From: Patescibacteria group bacterium
GTDB lineage: Bacteria; Patescibacteriota; Doudnabacteria; UBA920; O2-02-FULL-48-8
Assembly (NCBI GenBank): GCA_036278915.1
Contig: DASUKB010000002.1
Location: forward strand, 30,152 to 94,151
Direction of reading: 5' to 3'
Length of the DNA stretch: 64,000 nucleotides
Shown piece after piece: positions 18,458-27,447 of the stretch (within the stretch, counting starts at the first letter, position 1; every line of letters begins with the position of its first letter). The notes beneath the pieces were generated by a model. The model had not been told where the DNA came from and did not search any database. It saw nothing but the letters and a program-made list of their open reading frames with translations. The position numbers and the translations under genes are program-made.

Positions 18458-18901
18458 ATGGATCTCAACAAAGTCATGATCATCGGCCGCCTCACTCGCG
18501 ACCCGGAAATCCGCTCCACGCCAAATGGCGCCAACGTCGCCTCGTTCTCCGTGGCCACAAGTTTCAACTGGGTAGACAAAAACGACGGACAAAAAAAGGA
18601 ACAGACGGAATTCCACAACGTCGTGGCCTGGCGCAAGCTCGGCGACATCGTCGGCCAGTACCTCAAGAAGGGTTCGCAAGTCTACATCGAAGGCAGGCTC
18701 ACCACCAGATCTTGGGACGACAAGACGTCCGGCCAGAAACGCTACCGCACCGAGATCGTGGCCGACAATATGATTATGCTCGGCCGCCCAGGCAGCGGGT
18801 CCGGTACGCAATCTTCATCCCAATCAACTCCGGCCGAGCAGTCGGCACCTTCCGACAATCTTCCGGAAATCCAAATCGATAACAGCGACATACCTTTTTA
18901 A
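18458..18901 (+). CDS. ssb: Single-stranded DNA-binding protein
   Basis: OB-fold N-terminus (MIIGRLTRDPEIR...EFHNVVAWRKLG), Gly/Ser-rich linker and acidic C-terminal tail ending DIPF. Confidence 0.9.
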   Translation: MDLNKVMIIGRLTRDPEIRSTPNGANVASFSVATSFNWVDKNDGQKKEQTEFHNVVAWRKLGDIVGQYLKKGSQVYIEGRLTTRSWDDKTSGQKRYRTEIVADNMIMLGRPGSGSGTQSSSQSTPAEQSAPSDNLPEIQIDNSDIPF

Positions 18902-18902
18902 A

Positions 18903-18934
18903 ATTTCTACTTGTTAGATCAATTAGAAATTAGG
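18903..18934 (+). repeat. Intercistronic element atttcta..ttagatcaattagaaattagg, shared with the rpoB-rpoC spacer (34581..34614)
   Basis: 21-nt exact match (18914..18934 = 34594..34614), with flanking similarity extending to about 35 nt. Confidence 0.7.
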
Positions 18935-18956
18935 AATTAGAAATTCTTCATCTCAT

Positions 18957-19181
18957 ATGCCTATTCCATCCAGCAATACTAAAAAACCCTGTCTTTTCTG
19001 CACTGAAAAGATCTCGTATATCGACTACAAGGACACGCAGTTTATCCGGCGGTTCATAAGTCCGCATGCCAAAATCCTGTCGTCCAAAAAAACCGGCACC
19101 TGCAGCAAGCATCAGCGCATGGTGGGCCAGGCGCTCAAGCGCGCCCGTCACATGGCGCTGATTCCATTCGTCGCAGCCTAA
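18957..19181 (+). CDS. rpsR: 30S ribosomal protein S18
   Basis: CLFCTEKISYIDYKD...IRRFIS...SKKTG...QRMVGQALKRARHMALIPF. Confidence 0.9.
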   Translation: MPIPSSNTKKPCLFCTEKISYIDYKDTQFIRRFISPHAKILSSKKTGTCSKHQRMVGQALKRARHMALIPFVAA

Positions 19182-19207
19182 TTCCCTCTACTCATCCCTC
19201 TACTCAT

Positions 19208-19783
19208 ATGTCTGTTCTAGATTTCTCCGACCTCAAAGGCACGGGACAAATTATCAAATATAACAACGAACCCTATCAGATTATCTGGTCAAATTTTATG
19301 CGCACCGCTCAGCGCAAGCCGGTCATCCAGGCCAAACTGCGCAACCTTATGACAGGCAAGGTGATGGAGTATTCGTTTAAGTACGGTGAAAAGATAGAAG
19401 AGGCAGACGTGATCAAGCGCAAGTGCCAGTACCTGTACGCTGACGACGAAGGAGCCCACTTCATGGATCCCGAGAGCTTTGAAACTATAGTCGTGCCAAA
19501 GATAATTGCAGAAGATCAGGTCAAGTTCCTCAAAGAAGGCATGGACACCACCATTATGTTTTTTGAAGAGCGTCCTATAGCTTTGGACCTGCCGGTTAAA
19601 ATCGACCTCAAAGTCACGGAAACTTCACCCGGAATCAAAGGCGACACAGCCACCGGCGGCACCAAACCCGCCACGCTTGAGACCGGACACGTCGTGAATG
19701 TGCCGCTATTTATAAAAGAAGGTGATGTCGTGCGCGTCTCCACCCAAACTGGCCAGTATGTGGAGCGCGCAAGCCAGGAATAG
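19208..19783 (+). CDS. efp: Elongation factor P
   Basis: Three-domain EF-P (KOW-like N-terminus plus two OB domains), 191 aa; start preceded by a tandem 12-nt repeat ccctctactcat x2. Confidence 0.92.
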   Translation: MSVLDFSDLKGTGQIIKYNNEPYQIIWSNFMRTAQRKPVIQAKLRNLMTGKVMEYSFKYGEKIEEADVIKRKCQYLYADDEGAHFMDPESFETIVVPKIIAEDQVKFLKEGMDTTIMFFEERPIALDLPVKIDLKVTETSPGIKGDTATGGTKPATLETGHVVNVPLFIKEGDVVRVSTQTGQYVERASQE

Positions 19784-19802
19784 AAAACAGGCATTAAATA
19801 TT

Positions 19803-19834
19803 GAAAAACCAGGATTAAATTCCTGGTTTTTTCC
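19803..19834. terminator. Bidirectional intrinsic terminator ccagga-ttaaa-ttcctgg followed by TTTTTT
   Basis: Hairpin flanked by A-run and T-run between convergent efp and the minus-strand block. Confidence 0.55.
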
Positions 19835-19854
19835 TATTTCCTTGTTCCTGTTTC

Positions 19855-20256
19855 CTACTGTACTACTGTTACCGTGCCCCCGTTTGAAGGGTTCAGGTGA
19901 TCATGGAAGCCCCAGGTCCCGACTTTGGAAAAAGTAAACTGATAGGTCTCACCCTGATTGAGTCCGTGCAAAGCATCAAACCCAGGCAGGTCGGTGTGCA
20001 CCGGGTGCGGATTGGAAGCCGGCCAATGCTGTTTGGAGTCAGTGTTTTTGAACACGACCACCGTGCCGGATTTGACGGTGATGTTGGCAGGAGAAAATCC
20101 CGACGAGGTAATATCTATTTCCGCGGTGCCGGACTGAACCTGCGCGTTGGTCTGGTCTGCACCGGAACTGGTGGCCGAGTTGGTGGAAGTTGATTTATCG
20201 CAGGCAGCAGCAATCAATGAAAGAGAGAGCGCCAAAATTAAAACTTTGTATTTCAT
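19855..20256 (-). CDS. Secreted lipoprotein with cupredoxin-like domain (133 aa)
   Basis: Lipobox (LIAAAC), then a domain with His-rich KQHWPASNPHPVHTD...WGFHDHLNP resembling cupredoxin_1-type metal-binding folds. Confidence 0.4.
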   Translation of the reverse strand: MKYKVLILALSLSLIAAACDKSTSTNSATSSGADQTNAQVQSGTAEIDITSSGFSPANITVKSGTVVVFKNTDSKQHWPASNPHPVHTDLPGFDALHGLNQGETYQFTFSKVGTWGFHDHLNPSNGGTVTVVQ

Positions 20257-20295
20257 AAAAAGTTTACAAATTAATTAAAAGAAAGCTTATGTAGC

Positions 20296-21003
20296 TTACG
20301 CGATAGAGCGTCCGCCGTCAATGTATAGAACCTGTCCGGTGACAAAGTCAGAATTGAACAAATACATTACGCCTTTGGCAATCTCTTCCCCGCCGCCCCA
20401 GCGTGCAAGTGGTGTGCCGGACAAGGCTTCCGCATTGTCCTCATCCGACAAGTCCGGCGGACGGATAATCGGGCCGGGAGCTATGGCATTGACCAAAATA
20501 TCCGGCGCCAGTTCGCGCGCCAGCGATTTGGTAAGCCCCACGACCGCGGCCTTGGCCGAGTTATACGCTAAATAATCCTTATACGGTTGGGTGAGCACGG
20601 ACCAGTCGGAAATTAATACTATCCGACCCTGCGTTTTATTTCGCAGCAATTCGTCCGCCACAAATTTGGATGTAAGAAATGCGCTTTTGGCAATTGCATT
20701 GATGCTTGAGTCCCAAGCCTTTTCATCTAATTTTTCCCAAGGCACCCGCTCGTACGTAGCAGCCATGTGAACTAACCCATCGATTTGCCCGAATTTACTT
20801 TTGGCCTCGTTTATAAGCTCTTGCACGTCGCTTGAATTGCTCAAATCCGCTTTGACGTACAAAATCTTATCTGACCCAAAATCCGGCTGGGTGGTGCGAT
20901 AGCTCACTACCAAATTCGCACCTGCAGAAAGCAGATCCGCTGCCACGAATTTGCCAATCCTCGCCGCCCCCGTGAGTATAATTGTTTTTCCTTTGATGTC
21001 CAT
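20296..21003 (-). CDS. Short-chain dehydrogenase/reductase (SDR) family oxidoreductase
   Basis: TGAARIGK Rossmann motif, NAIAP, catalytic YxxxK region (YNSAKAA). Confidence 0.8.
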   Translation of the reverse strand: MDIKGKTIILTGAARIGKFVAADLLSAGANLVVSYRTTQPDFGSDKILYVKADLSNSSDVQELINEAKSKFGQIDGLVHMAATYERVPWEKLDEKAWDSSINAIAKSAFLTSKFVADELLRNKTQGRIVLISDWSVLTQPYKDYLAYNSAKAAVVGLTKSLARELAPDILVNAIAPGPIIRPPDLSDEDNAEALSGTPLARWGGGEEIAKGVMYLFNSDFVTGQVLYIDGGRSIA

Positions 21004-21015
21004 ATAATTTCTTAA

Positions 21016-21939
21016 TTAAGCCTCGTCCATTCCCAAATATTTTTCCGCATCCATGGCGGCCATGCAGCCCATGCCCGAGGCAGTGATTGCCTGGCGGTAG
21101 CGATAATCGCGTACGTCCCCGCCGACAAAGATTCCAGGAATATTCGTTTTGGTCTGATCTATGGAATTAATGTAGCCTTTGGCGTCTAAATCTATTTGTC
21201 CCTTAAAGACTTCCGTGTTCGGCTTGTGGCCAATGGCAATAAACACGCCGTCAATTTTGCGCTCATCAACTTTGCCAGTTGTAATATCTTTAACTTTTAC
21301 GGCTGTGAGTTTGCCGTTGCCCAAAAATTCTTCAATCGTCTTGCTGGTTTCAAAACTAATTTTGGGATTGGCCTTGGCGCGATCCAGCATAATCTTACTG
21401 GCGCGAAAACTGTCGCTGCGATTTAAGACAGTAACTTTGCTGGCAAACTTTGTAAGATATGTAGCCTCCTCCATGGCGCTATCGCCGCCGCCCACGACTA
21501 TAATTTCCTTGCCCTTGAAGAAAAATCCGTCGCATGTGGCGCAGGACGACACGCCCTTGCCGCGAAATTTTTCCTCGCTCGGCAATCCCAGCCACATGCT
21601 GGACGCGCCAGTGGAAATAATGACGGATTCAGCTAAGTATTCATGATCGCCAGTAGAAAGTTTAAAAGGTTTTGATGAGAAATCAACCTTAACCACGTCT
21701 TCGTAAACTATTTGCGCGCCGAAGCGCTCGGATTGTTTTATAAAGTTTTGCATTAAATCCGGGCCCAGGATACCTTCTGGGAATCCAGGGAAATTTTCCA
21801 CTTCCGTAGTCAGCATCAGTTGGCCGCCAAACGTAAGGCCTGCCAAAATGACGGGTTTAAGTCCGGCCCGCGCAGCGTAAATACCGGCAGTTAATCCTGC
21901 CGGCCCCGAACCAATGATGATAAGTTTGTGAGTTGCCAT
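21016..21939 (-). CDS. trxB: Thioredoxin-disulfide reductase (start at MATHK; the ORF-track 5' extension to 22002 is probably untranslated)
   Basis: IIGSGPAG FAD motif, redox-active SCATCDG, NADPH motif VVGGGDSA, C-terminal GIFVGGD. Confidence 0.88.
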   Translation of the reverse strand: MATHKLIIIGSGPAGLTAGIYAARAGLKPVILAGLTFGGQLMLTTEVENFPGFPEGILGPDLMQNFIKQSERFGAQIVYEDVVKVDFSSKPFKLSTGDHEYLAESVIISTGASSMWLGLPSEEKFRGKGVSSCATCDGFFFKGKEIIVVGGGDSAMEEATYLTKFASKVTVLNRSDSFRASKIMLDRAKANPKISFETSKTIEEFLGNGKLTAVKVKDITTGKVDERKIDGVFIAIGHKPNTEVFKGQIDLDAKGYINSIDQTKTNIPGIFVGGDVRDYRYRQAITASGMGCMAAMDAEKYLGMDEA

Positions 21940-22009
21940 AAAGTTAGTTGGTAGTTTGTAGTGAGTAGGTGGTAGTGGAATTCTACTTCTACAACCTATC
22001 ACCTACAAC

Positions 22010-22966
22010 CTACTTAATTCGTTTAATTTGGGTCCAATCTGATGTCAGTCCTGTTCTCCCAGAAAGTCGCGCCAGATAATCATAGCACGCCAGGGCTGCG
22101 GCCGCGCCCTCGCCCGCGGAAATAGCTGCCTGTTTGTAGGGCCTATTCGTGCAGTCCCCGGCTGCAAATACCCCGGGCGTACTGGTGGATTGGTCCGCCC
22201 CCACGACAACCTGCGAGTTATCGTCCAGTGCTACCAAATCTTTTACAAATTCGGCATTGACCACGTATCCTAATTCTACAAACAATCCGTCCACAAGTAA
22301 ATCCTTCCTGGTTCCAGTGTTTCGTTCCAGAAGTTTAAGTTTTTCGATCCGGGATTGGCCGGTAATTTCCTGAATTTCCACAAACGGTACGAGTTCGACA
22401 TTGGATTTTTTGACCACGGATTTAAGCAACATCGGGTGGCCGAAAAGTTTATCGGTCTTGGACAGCGCGTATATATGTTTAGCGTATTTGCTCAAAAGGA
22501 GAATGGCATCCAAGCTTACGTCGCCAAACCCGGCCACGGCCACGGTCTGGCCTTTATGAAGTGGCGCGTCGCAATTGGCGCAATAGCTTATTCCCCGTCC
22601 TTTGAATTCCGATTCGCCCGGAACTTCCAAATCCCGCGGAGTTTTGCCAAACGCCAAAATCAGACTCTGAGATTTGTACTGATTGCCGAAAGCCTCAACC
22701 ACAAACCCATTCTCCACCGGTTTGACTTTGGAAACTTCGGCTTCTATAAACTCCAGCCCCCACTTTTCGGCCTGTCTGCGGATTGAAGACACCAATTCAA
22801 ACCCGCCGGATTCTTCTAGACCCGGATAATTTTCTATGGTGTCAGTAGAGTTGGCCTGGCCTCCTACATCTTTGCCAATAACCAAGACTTTGAGTCCGCG
22901 GCGGCCGGAAAATAAAGCCGCACTAAAGGCTGCGACTCCCCCGCCGATTATAATAACGTCGTACAT
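22010..22966 (-). CDS. Thioredoxin-reductase-like pyridine-nucleotide-disulfide oxidoreductase paralogue (CANC redox motif, divergent NAD(P)H site)
   Basis: IIGGGVAA, SYCANCDA, VAVAGFGD, C-terminal GVFAAGD; sits directly upstream of trxB in the same orientation. Confidence 0.75.
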   Translation of the reverse strand: MYDVIIIGGGVAAFSAALFSGRRGLKVLVIGKDVGGQANSTDTIENYPGLEESGGFELVSSIRRQAEKWGLEFIEAEVSKVKPVENGFVVEAFGNQYKSQSLILAFGKTPRDLEVPGESEFKGRGISYCANCDAPLHKGQTVAVAGFGDVSLDAILLLSKYAKHIYALSKTDKLFGHPMLLKSVVKKSNVELVPFVEIQEITGQSRIEKLKLLERNTGTRKDLLVDGLFVELGYVVNAEFVKDLVALDDNSQVVVGADQSTSTPGVFAAGDCTNRPYKQAAISAGEGAAAALACYDYLARLSGRTGLTSDWTQIKRIK

Positions 22967-22976
22967 AGATTACTAC

Positions 22977-23807
22977 TCACTTGTTTTTTTCTTTCGCAAT
23001 CTTTACCGTGTTTTCCAAAAGTTTGGCTACGGTGACAGGACCCACGCCTCCGGGCACCGGAGTTATAAGCGAGGCTTTCTTGGATACTGGAAGAAAATCT
23101 ACGTCGCCGCGCATATGACCTCCCACAAATGACACGCCCGCGTCTATGACCGCGGCGCCAGGACGGATCATATCAGCTCGTATCAAACCGGCTCGGCCGG
23201 TGCCGGAAATTAAAATATCTGCCTGCTTAGTAATTTCGCGTAAATTTTTCGTATCTTTGTTGCAGGTCGTCACTGTTACCGGCATATGCATCAAAATGTT
23301 CGCCAAAGGCTTGCCTATGAGATCCCCTTGCCCGACCAGCACAATGTGTTTGCCTTTGAGTGCAACTTTGTGGACCTTGAGGATTTCCAAAACTGCGCCA
23401 GGGCTAGGCGGCACCAGGCTGTTGTCGCGGATCACAAGCTTACCCAAAGAGACCCAGGACAGACAGTCCACATCCAGGTTTGGGTCCAGCTCGTTGAGGA
23501 TTAATTTTTTATCCAAACCCGCCGGCAGAGGCAGCTGCACGATAATACCGTCTAATTTTTGTTTCTGAATAGCGCGAACTGCGCGAATGAGAGCCGCTTC
23601 CTTAATTTTTGAGGGGAATTTATACAATAAAAATTCAATACCTACAGCCGCGGCTGCCTGCTGTTTGTTGCGCACGTAAGTTTGTGAGGGTTTATCATCC
23701 CCGACTAGCACCACTGCGAGCTTAGGAGTGCGCCCAAGTTTGGCCACTTGGATTTTGAGCCGCTCCAAAATGCCGTTTGCGATTTGTCTTCCGTCTACGA
23801 TTGACAT
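22977..23807 (-). CDS. folD: Bifunctional methylenetetrahydrofolate dehydrogenase/cyclohydrolase
   Basis: KPSQTYVRNK and GIIVQLPLP motifs, 276 aa. Confidence 0.9.
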   Translation of the reverse strand: MSIVDGRQIANGILERLKIQVAKLGRTPKLAVVLVGDDKPSQTYVRNKQQAAAAVGIEFLLYKFPSKIKEAALIRAVRAIQKQKLDGIIVQLPLPAGLDKKLILNELDPNLDVDCLSWVSLGKLVIRDNSLVPPSPGAVLEILKVHKVALKGKHIVLVGQGDLIGKPLANILMHMPVTVTTCNKDTKNLREITKQADILISGTGRAGLIRADMIRPGAAVIDAGVSFVGGHMRGDVDFLPVSKKASLITPVPGGVGPVTVAKLLENTVKIAKEKNK

Positions 23808-23814
23808 AGAATTG

Positions 23815-24603
23815 TTAATTGGTCAAATGTTGCAAGAGTCCTGCCAAAAAATCGCGGCGGATCTGAAATTCGCGTGACACGCCCTGCCAGATTAGCTCTT
23901 TGTTGCCCGGGTCAAACACAATTTTTTCCAAAATGTGTCCAGTATTGATGACATATTTGAAATCTACGCCCGCATGCCAAGTTAAAACTTCCAGATCCGA
24001 GTCGGAAACTTGGGTTTGTGAACGCAAAAACGCAGTCAGTGCGCTGTATTCCTCGGGAATTGCCCGCTCGTGCGCAGAAAACGCACCTGCTACTTCCTGC
24101 CATTCGCCATTTGAATACAGATCCGAAAGCTCGGCGATATAATTTCTGGTCCATTCCTTGGGCTCGGCGCGGGAAATTTCTTCGTCCGTTGCACCTAAGG
24201 CATGCAAAAGTTTCTGCCACAGCTGTTTGTGGTGGTCATGACGGCCGGTGGGCTTGGTCTGGCCGCCAACTTCTTCTTCCAATTTTTTTTCTAAAATTTC
24301 CAAGGCGGATTCGGCTTCCGGGTCGTCGGACTCGGACAGGTTGGCTATGGCAAATCCCAAAAATCCGGGCTCGCCCTCATGGCCCACGAAGGCATTGGCC
24401 GCGATGTAGCGCTGCAGCATAAATTTGCGCACCTTCTCCGGCCGGGCCGTAATTTTTTGCAATGTCTCAAGTTCGGGGAAGGCGCGCGCCTGCGCTCCAA
24501 CATAGTCCATAAGCCATTCGATAAACTGCTCACCGACAAATTCAGCAATCGCGTCCTTCGGCGTGCTGATTGGTTTAACTTCGTTGGGAGAATCTAAGTT
24601 CAT
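23815..24603 (-). CDS. Haem-oxygenase-like fold protein (TenA/PqqC/CADD superfamily candidate)
   Basis: All-helical 262-aa protein with conserved His/Glu/Trp spacing; assignment by resemblance only. Confidence 0.35.
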   Translation of the reverse strand: MNLDSPNEVKPISTPKDAIAEFVGEQFIEWLMDYVGAQARAFPELETLQKITARPEKVRKFMLQRYIAANAFVGHEGEPGFLGFAIANLSESDDPEAESALEILEKKLEEEVGGQTKPTGRHDHHKQLWQKLLHALGATDEEISRAEPKEWTRNYIAELSDLYSNGEWQEVAGAFSAHERAIPEEYSALTAFLRSQTQVSDSDLEVLTWHAGVDFKYVINTGHILEKIVFDPGNKELIWQGVSREFQIRRDFLAGLLQHLTN

Positions 24604-24632
24604 GTCAGTAGTTTAATTAAGCTGGGGAAATT

Positions 24633-24806
24633 ATGCAACCAGACAAACTTCCGTTTGCAACCATTCCTGTGAGAATCTGCTATAATTGGTGTATGAAAGA
24701 TATCTGGGATGGAATAATCAATATCATCTTAAGCGGGCTGCTCGTCATCTATGAGGGAATAGCCAAGCTTTTTAAATCCAAAAAAAGCGATCACGATCAT
24801 CATTAG
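24633..24806 (+). CDS. Possible small membrane protein (57 aa), below the ORF-track cut-off
   Basis: GGGG SD 7 nt upstream; MQPDKLPFATIPVRICYNWCMKDIWDGIINIILSGLLVIYEGIAKLFKSKKSDHDHH with one TM segment. Confidence 0.25.
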   Translation: MQPDKLPFATIPVRICYNWCMKDIWDGIINIILSGLLVIYEGIAKLFKSKKSDHDHH

Positions 24807-24809
24807 GGC

Positions 24810-24838
24810 TTGAAAAAGCACGGGAATTCGGATATAAT
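24810..24838 (+). promoter_or_regulatory. Consensus sigma70 promoter for tRNA-Glu: TTGAAA-17 nt-TATAAT
   Basis: ttgaaa at 24810..24815, a 17-nt spacer, then tataat at 24833..24838; the tRNA 5' end lies 19 nt downstream. Confidence 0.55.
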
Positions 24839-24856
24839 ACGAGGGCTAAAATTTTT

Positions 24857-24931
24857 GGTCCCATCGTCTAACGGTTAGGACACCAGGTTTTCATCCTGGC
24901 AATTCGGGTTCGATTCCCGGTGGGATCACCA
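24857..24931 (+). tRNA. tRNA-Glu(UUC), 75 nt, CCA encoded
   Basis: Acceptor GGUCCCA/UGGGAUC (G2-U71 wobble), anticodon stem CCAGG/CCUGG with loop UUUUCAU (anticodon UUC), T-loop GGUUCGAUUCC, discriminator A. Confidence 0.9.
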
Positions 24932-24936
24932 CAAAG

Positions 24937-24962
24937 AAGGCCTCATACCGAGGTCTTTTTTG
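24937..24962 (+). terminator. Intrinsic terminator aaggcctc-atacc-gaggtctt followed by TTTTTG after tRNA-Glu
   Basis: 8-bp stem with one G-U pair, followed by a T-run. Confidence 0.5.
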
Positions 24963-24983
24963 TTTGGGAATTCGTTTGGTTAA

Positions 24984-25406
24984 TTGCACGATTGTGCTAA
25001 GAATTTAAAAGCGCCAGACTGGAATGGAATCATTAACCTCAAATTTATGCCAAGAGAAATTATTACCGATGACGGGGACCGCGTGCTGGTGGATGATCCC
25101 TCATATGTTTCCTACTATTCGCCCATCGCGCGTGTAGTCTGGACCATCCTTGGGATTATCAACGCCTTGCTGGCCATAAGATTTATCCTGCGGCTGTTTG
25201 GCGCCAACCCAGGCGCTGGATTCGTCAACTTTATGTACAGCATCACGGCACCTCTCGTTGCCTGGTTTACCGGTTCAATCCGTGCCACGTCCGTGGGCAC
25301 CGGCATCATCGAATGGTCAACGCTTCTGGCTATCGCCGTGTATTGGATTATTGCCTGGATCATCACTCGCTTGGTCACCATGAGTCGGCCGGTGGCCAGA
25401 TACTAA
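24984..25406 (+). CDS. YggT/Ycf19-family membrane protein (true start probably an internal Met near 25045)
   Basis: ILRLFGANP...FVNFMYSITAPLVAWF motif and two to three TM helices. Confidence 0.5.
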   Translation: MHDCAKNLKAPDWNGIINLKFMPREIITDDGDRVLVDDPSYVSYYSPIARVVWTILGIINALLAIRFILRLFGANPGAGFVNFMYSITAPLVAWFTGSIRATSVGTGIIEWSTLLAIAVYWIIAWIITRLVTMSRPVARY

Positions 25407-25474
25407 ATCTGTTTTAAGAAAACTTATAAATAACCCTTGGATTTTTTCCCAGGGTTATTTATAATGTCCAGGTT

Positions 25475-26515
25475 ATGATCAAAAAAATCTCTGCAATTCT
25501 GGCTATTGAAACCTCTTGTGATGAGACCGCGGCCGCGGTCATTGTCGAAGGCCAAGCGAGCCAAATCAGGTCATCAGTCATCGCATCCCAGGCCTCACTG
25601 CACGCCAAATTTGGCGGCGTGGTGCCGGAAGTGGCTGCGCGCGAGCACGTCACCGCAATTCTGCCAACTATTGACCTGGCGCTCAAACAAGCCCGGCTTA
25701 AGCTTCCCGAAATAGGCAGCATAGCGGTCACACAAGGCCCCGGCCTTATGACGTCCTTGCTGGTAGGCATTGAAACAGCCAAGACCTTGGGCCAAGTCCT
25801 GCAAATTCCAGTGCTGCCCATCAATCATTTGGAAGCGCATATTTACGCCAACTTTGTAAAAAGTGATAAGTTAAAAGTTAAAAGTCAAAAGTTCCCGGCA
25901 TTGATACTCATAGTTTCCGGTGGCCACACGCTGCTGGTACTTATGACTGCTCATGGCAAATATAAAATTTTAGGCGAGACTGTGGATGATGCCGCGGGTG
26001 AAGCGTTCGACAAGACCGCAAAACTCCTGGGTCTTTCTTATCCAGGCGGACCAGCCTTGTCCAAACTCGCCGAAGGCGGCAATCCTGTCAAATTTAATTT
26101 TCCCAGACCTATGATGAATTCGCAAAATCTAAATTTCAGTTTTTCCGGACTTAAAACCGCGGTACTCTATAAAGTCCAGGAACATAAATCTTTAAACTTA
26201 CAACTTAAATCTGATTTTGCCGCGTCAATCCAAACTGCAATAGTAGATGTTCTGATTGCCAAAACCGAAAACGCTATCAAAAAATATCACCCGAAAACCA
26301 TAATGCTCGGCGGCGGCGTAGCAGCTAACAAACTTCTGCGCGAAGAATTCAAGCGATTGGCTACAACCTACAAACTACAACCTAGTATTCCCAAATTAGA
26401 ATTCTGCACGGACAACGCCGCAATGATCGGCCTGGCCGCTTATTATAAATTGAAAAACTCCGACCCTAAATTCCCCAAAGCCTTTTTTGCTGATCCGAAT
26501 CTGGGACTGAAATAA
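25475..26515 (+). CDS. tsaD: tRNA N6-adenosine threonylcarbamoyltransferase TsaD (Kae1/Gcp)
   Basis: IETSCDETAAAV..., metal-binding His/His/Asp pattern, 346 aa. Confidence 0.93.
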   Translation: MIKKISAILAIETSCDETAAAVIVEGQASQIRSSVIASQASLHAKFGGVVPEVAAREHVTAILPTIDLALKQARLKLPEIGSIAVTQGPGLMTSLLVGIETAKTLGQVLQIPVLPINHLEAHIYANFVKSDKLKVKSQKFPALILIVSGGHTLLVLMTAHGKYKILGETVDDAAGEAFDKTAKLLGLSYPGGPALSKLAEGGNPVKFNFPRPMMNSQNLNFSFSGLKTAVLYKVQEHKSLNLQLKSDFAASIQTAIVDVLIAKTENAIKKYHPKTIMLGGGVAANKLLREEFKRLATTYKLQPSIPKLEFCTDNAAMIGLAAYYKLKNSDPKFPKAFFADPNLGLK

Positions 26516-26537
26516 AAAAGAAGCGCCGCCTGATAAA

Positions 26538-27377
26538 TCAGGACAGCGCCTCGTCGGATAGACATACCTCCACTTCGGGCGGATCAACGTCCATGTTCGG
26601 CAAGACCTGCGCCTTGCCAGTATGCACTCGCCCCTCCTCCTTGGACTTATACATGAGCTGGTCGGCCAAATGGAACAGCTTTTCAGCTAACACATTCACG
26701 GCCAACAGCTGCTGTTGCGGCTGGTGCAGCGTGAAAGCCAAACCGCCCACGGCCGCAGAATACGGCAAGCTGCCCGTATAGCCATGTTGTCGCTGACGTT
26801 TAGGATCGTCGATGGCGTCTTTGAGGCGCTCAGCGACGATTTTGATTTCATCCAGCCGCTTGAGTTCCACTGCGGCCAAAAATTCATCTCCGCCCCAGCG
26901 GCCAGCGTCCACGACCTCTTCTTTTTTCGAAACCCGCTCAAAGAAATCAGTGTCTCGGCTGGTCCGTATAGTTTCGCTGATGATCTCCGCCGTGGCTTGG
27001 ATCGCCTGGTCTCCAATTTTGTGCCCCAGCTTATCGTTGAGGGGCTTAAAATTATTGAGATCAATAAACACCAAGCCCAGAGCCGTAATGTCCGGCGTCT
27101 CCTCCGGCGTTTTTTCCAGGATGCCGCGCACGTGATTTTCGAACAGTTCCCGCAGCGGCAGCTTCGTCAGCTTGTCTCTGCCGGACTGCCGCTCCTTTTC
27201 CAGTATGTGTCGCTCCAGCACGCGAATGGCAGTTTCGTACTCGTCGGCTACTATATTCCAGTCATGGATGAATTCCAGCTGCTCATCTGCCGGAATACGC
27301 GTCAGCCATTTGCGGATACGGTCTGCCAGCTTTTCCTTAAAGGAGAGCTGGCCCGGTATTTCGGTGCCGTTCTCCAT
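26538..27377 (-). CDS. Diguanylate cyclase (GGDEF domain protein)
   Basis: LVFIDLNNFKPLND, the RWGGDEFL GG(D/E)EF motif, and a short N-terminal coiled-coil region. Confidence 0.8.
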   Translation of the reverse strand: MENGTEIPGQLSFKEKLADRIRKWLTRIPADEQLEFIHDWNIVADEYETAIRVLERHILEKERQSGRDKLTKLPLRELFENHVRGILEKTPEETPDITALGLVFIDLNNFKPLNDKLGHKIGDQAIQATAEIISETIRTSRDTDFFERVSKKEEVVDAGRWGGDEFLAAVELKRLDEIKIVAERLKDAIDDPKRQRQHGYTGSLPYSAAVGGLAFTLHQPQQQLLAVNVLAEKLFHLADQLMYKSKEEGRVHTGKAQVLPNMDVDPPEVEVCLSDEALS

Positions 27378-27447
27378 TGACTCCTCCTTAGCTTCCCTTT
27401 GCTCGTCTGATTGACTCCAAAATGCTTCCTAATATATAATACGAGCA

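Noticed and set aside
26715-27380. 221-aa + strand ORF antisense to the GGDEF gene
   Set aside because: Shadow ORF with no domain signal; the minus-strand frame carries the GGDEF motif.
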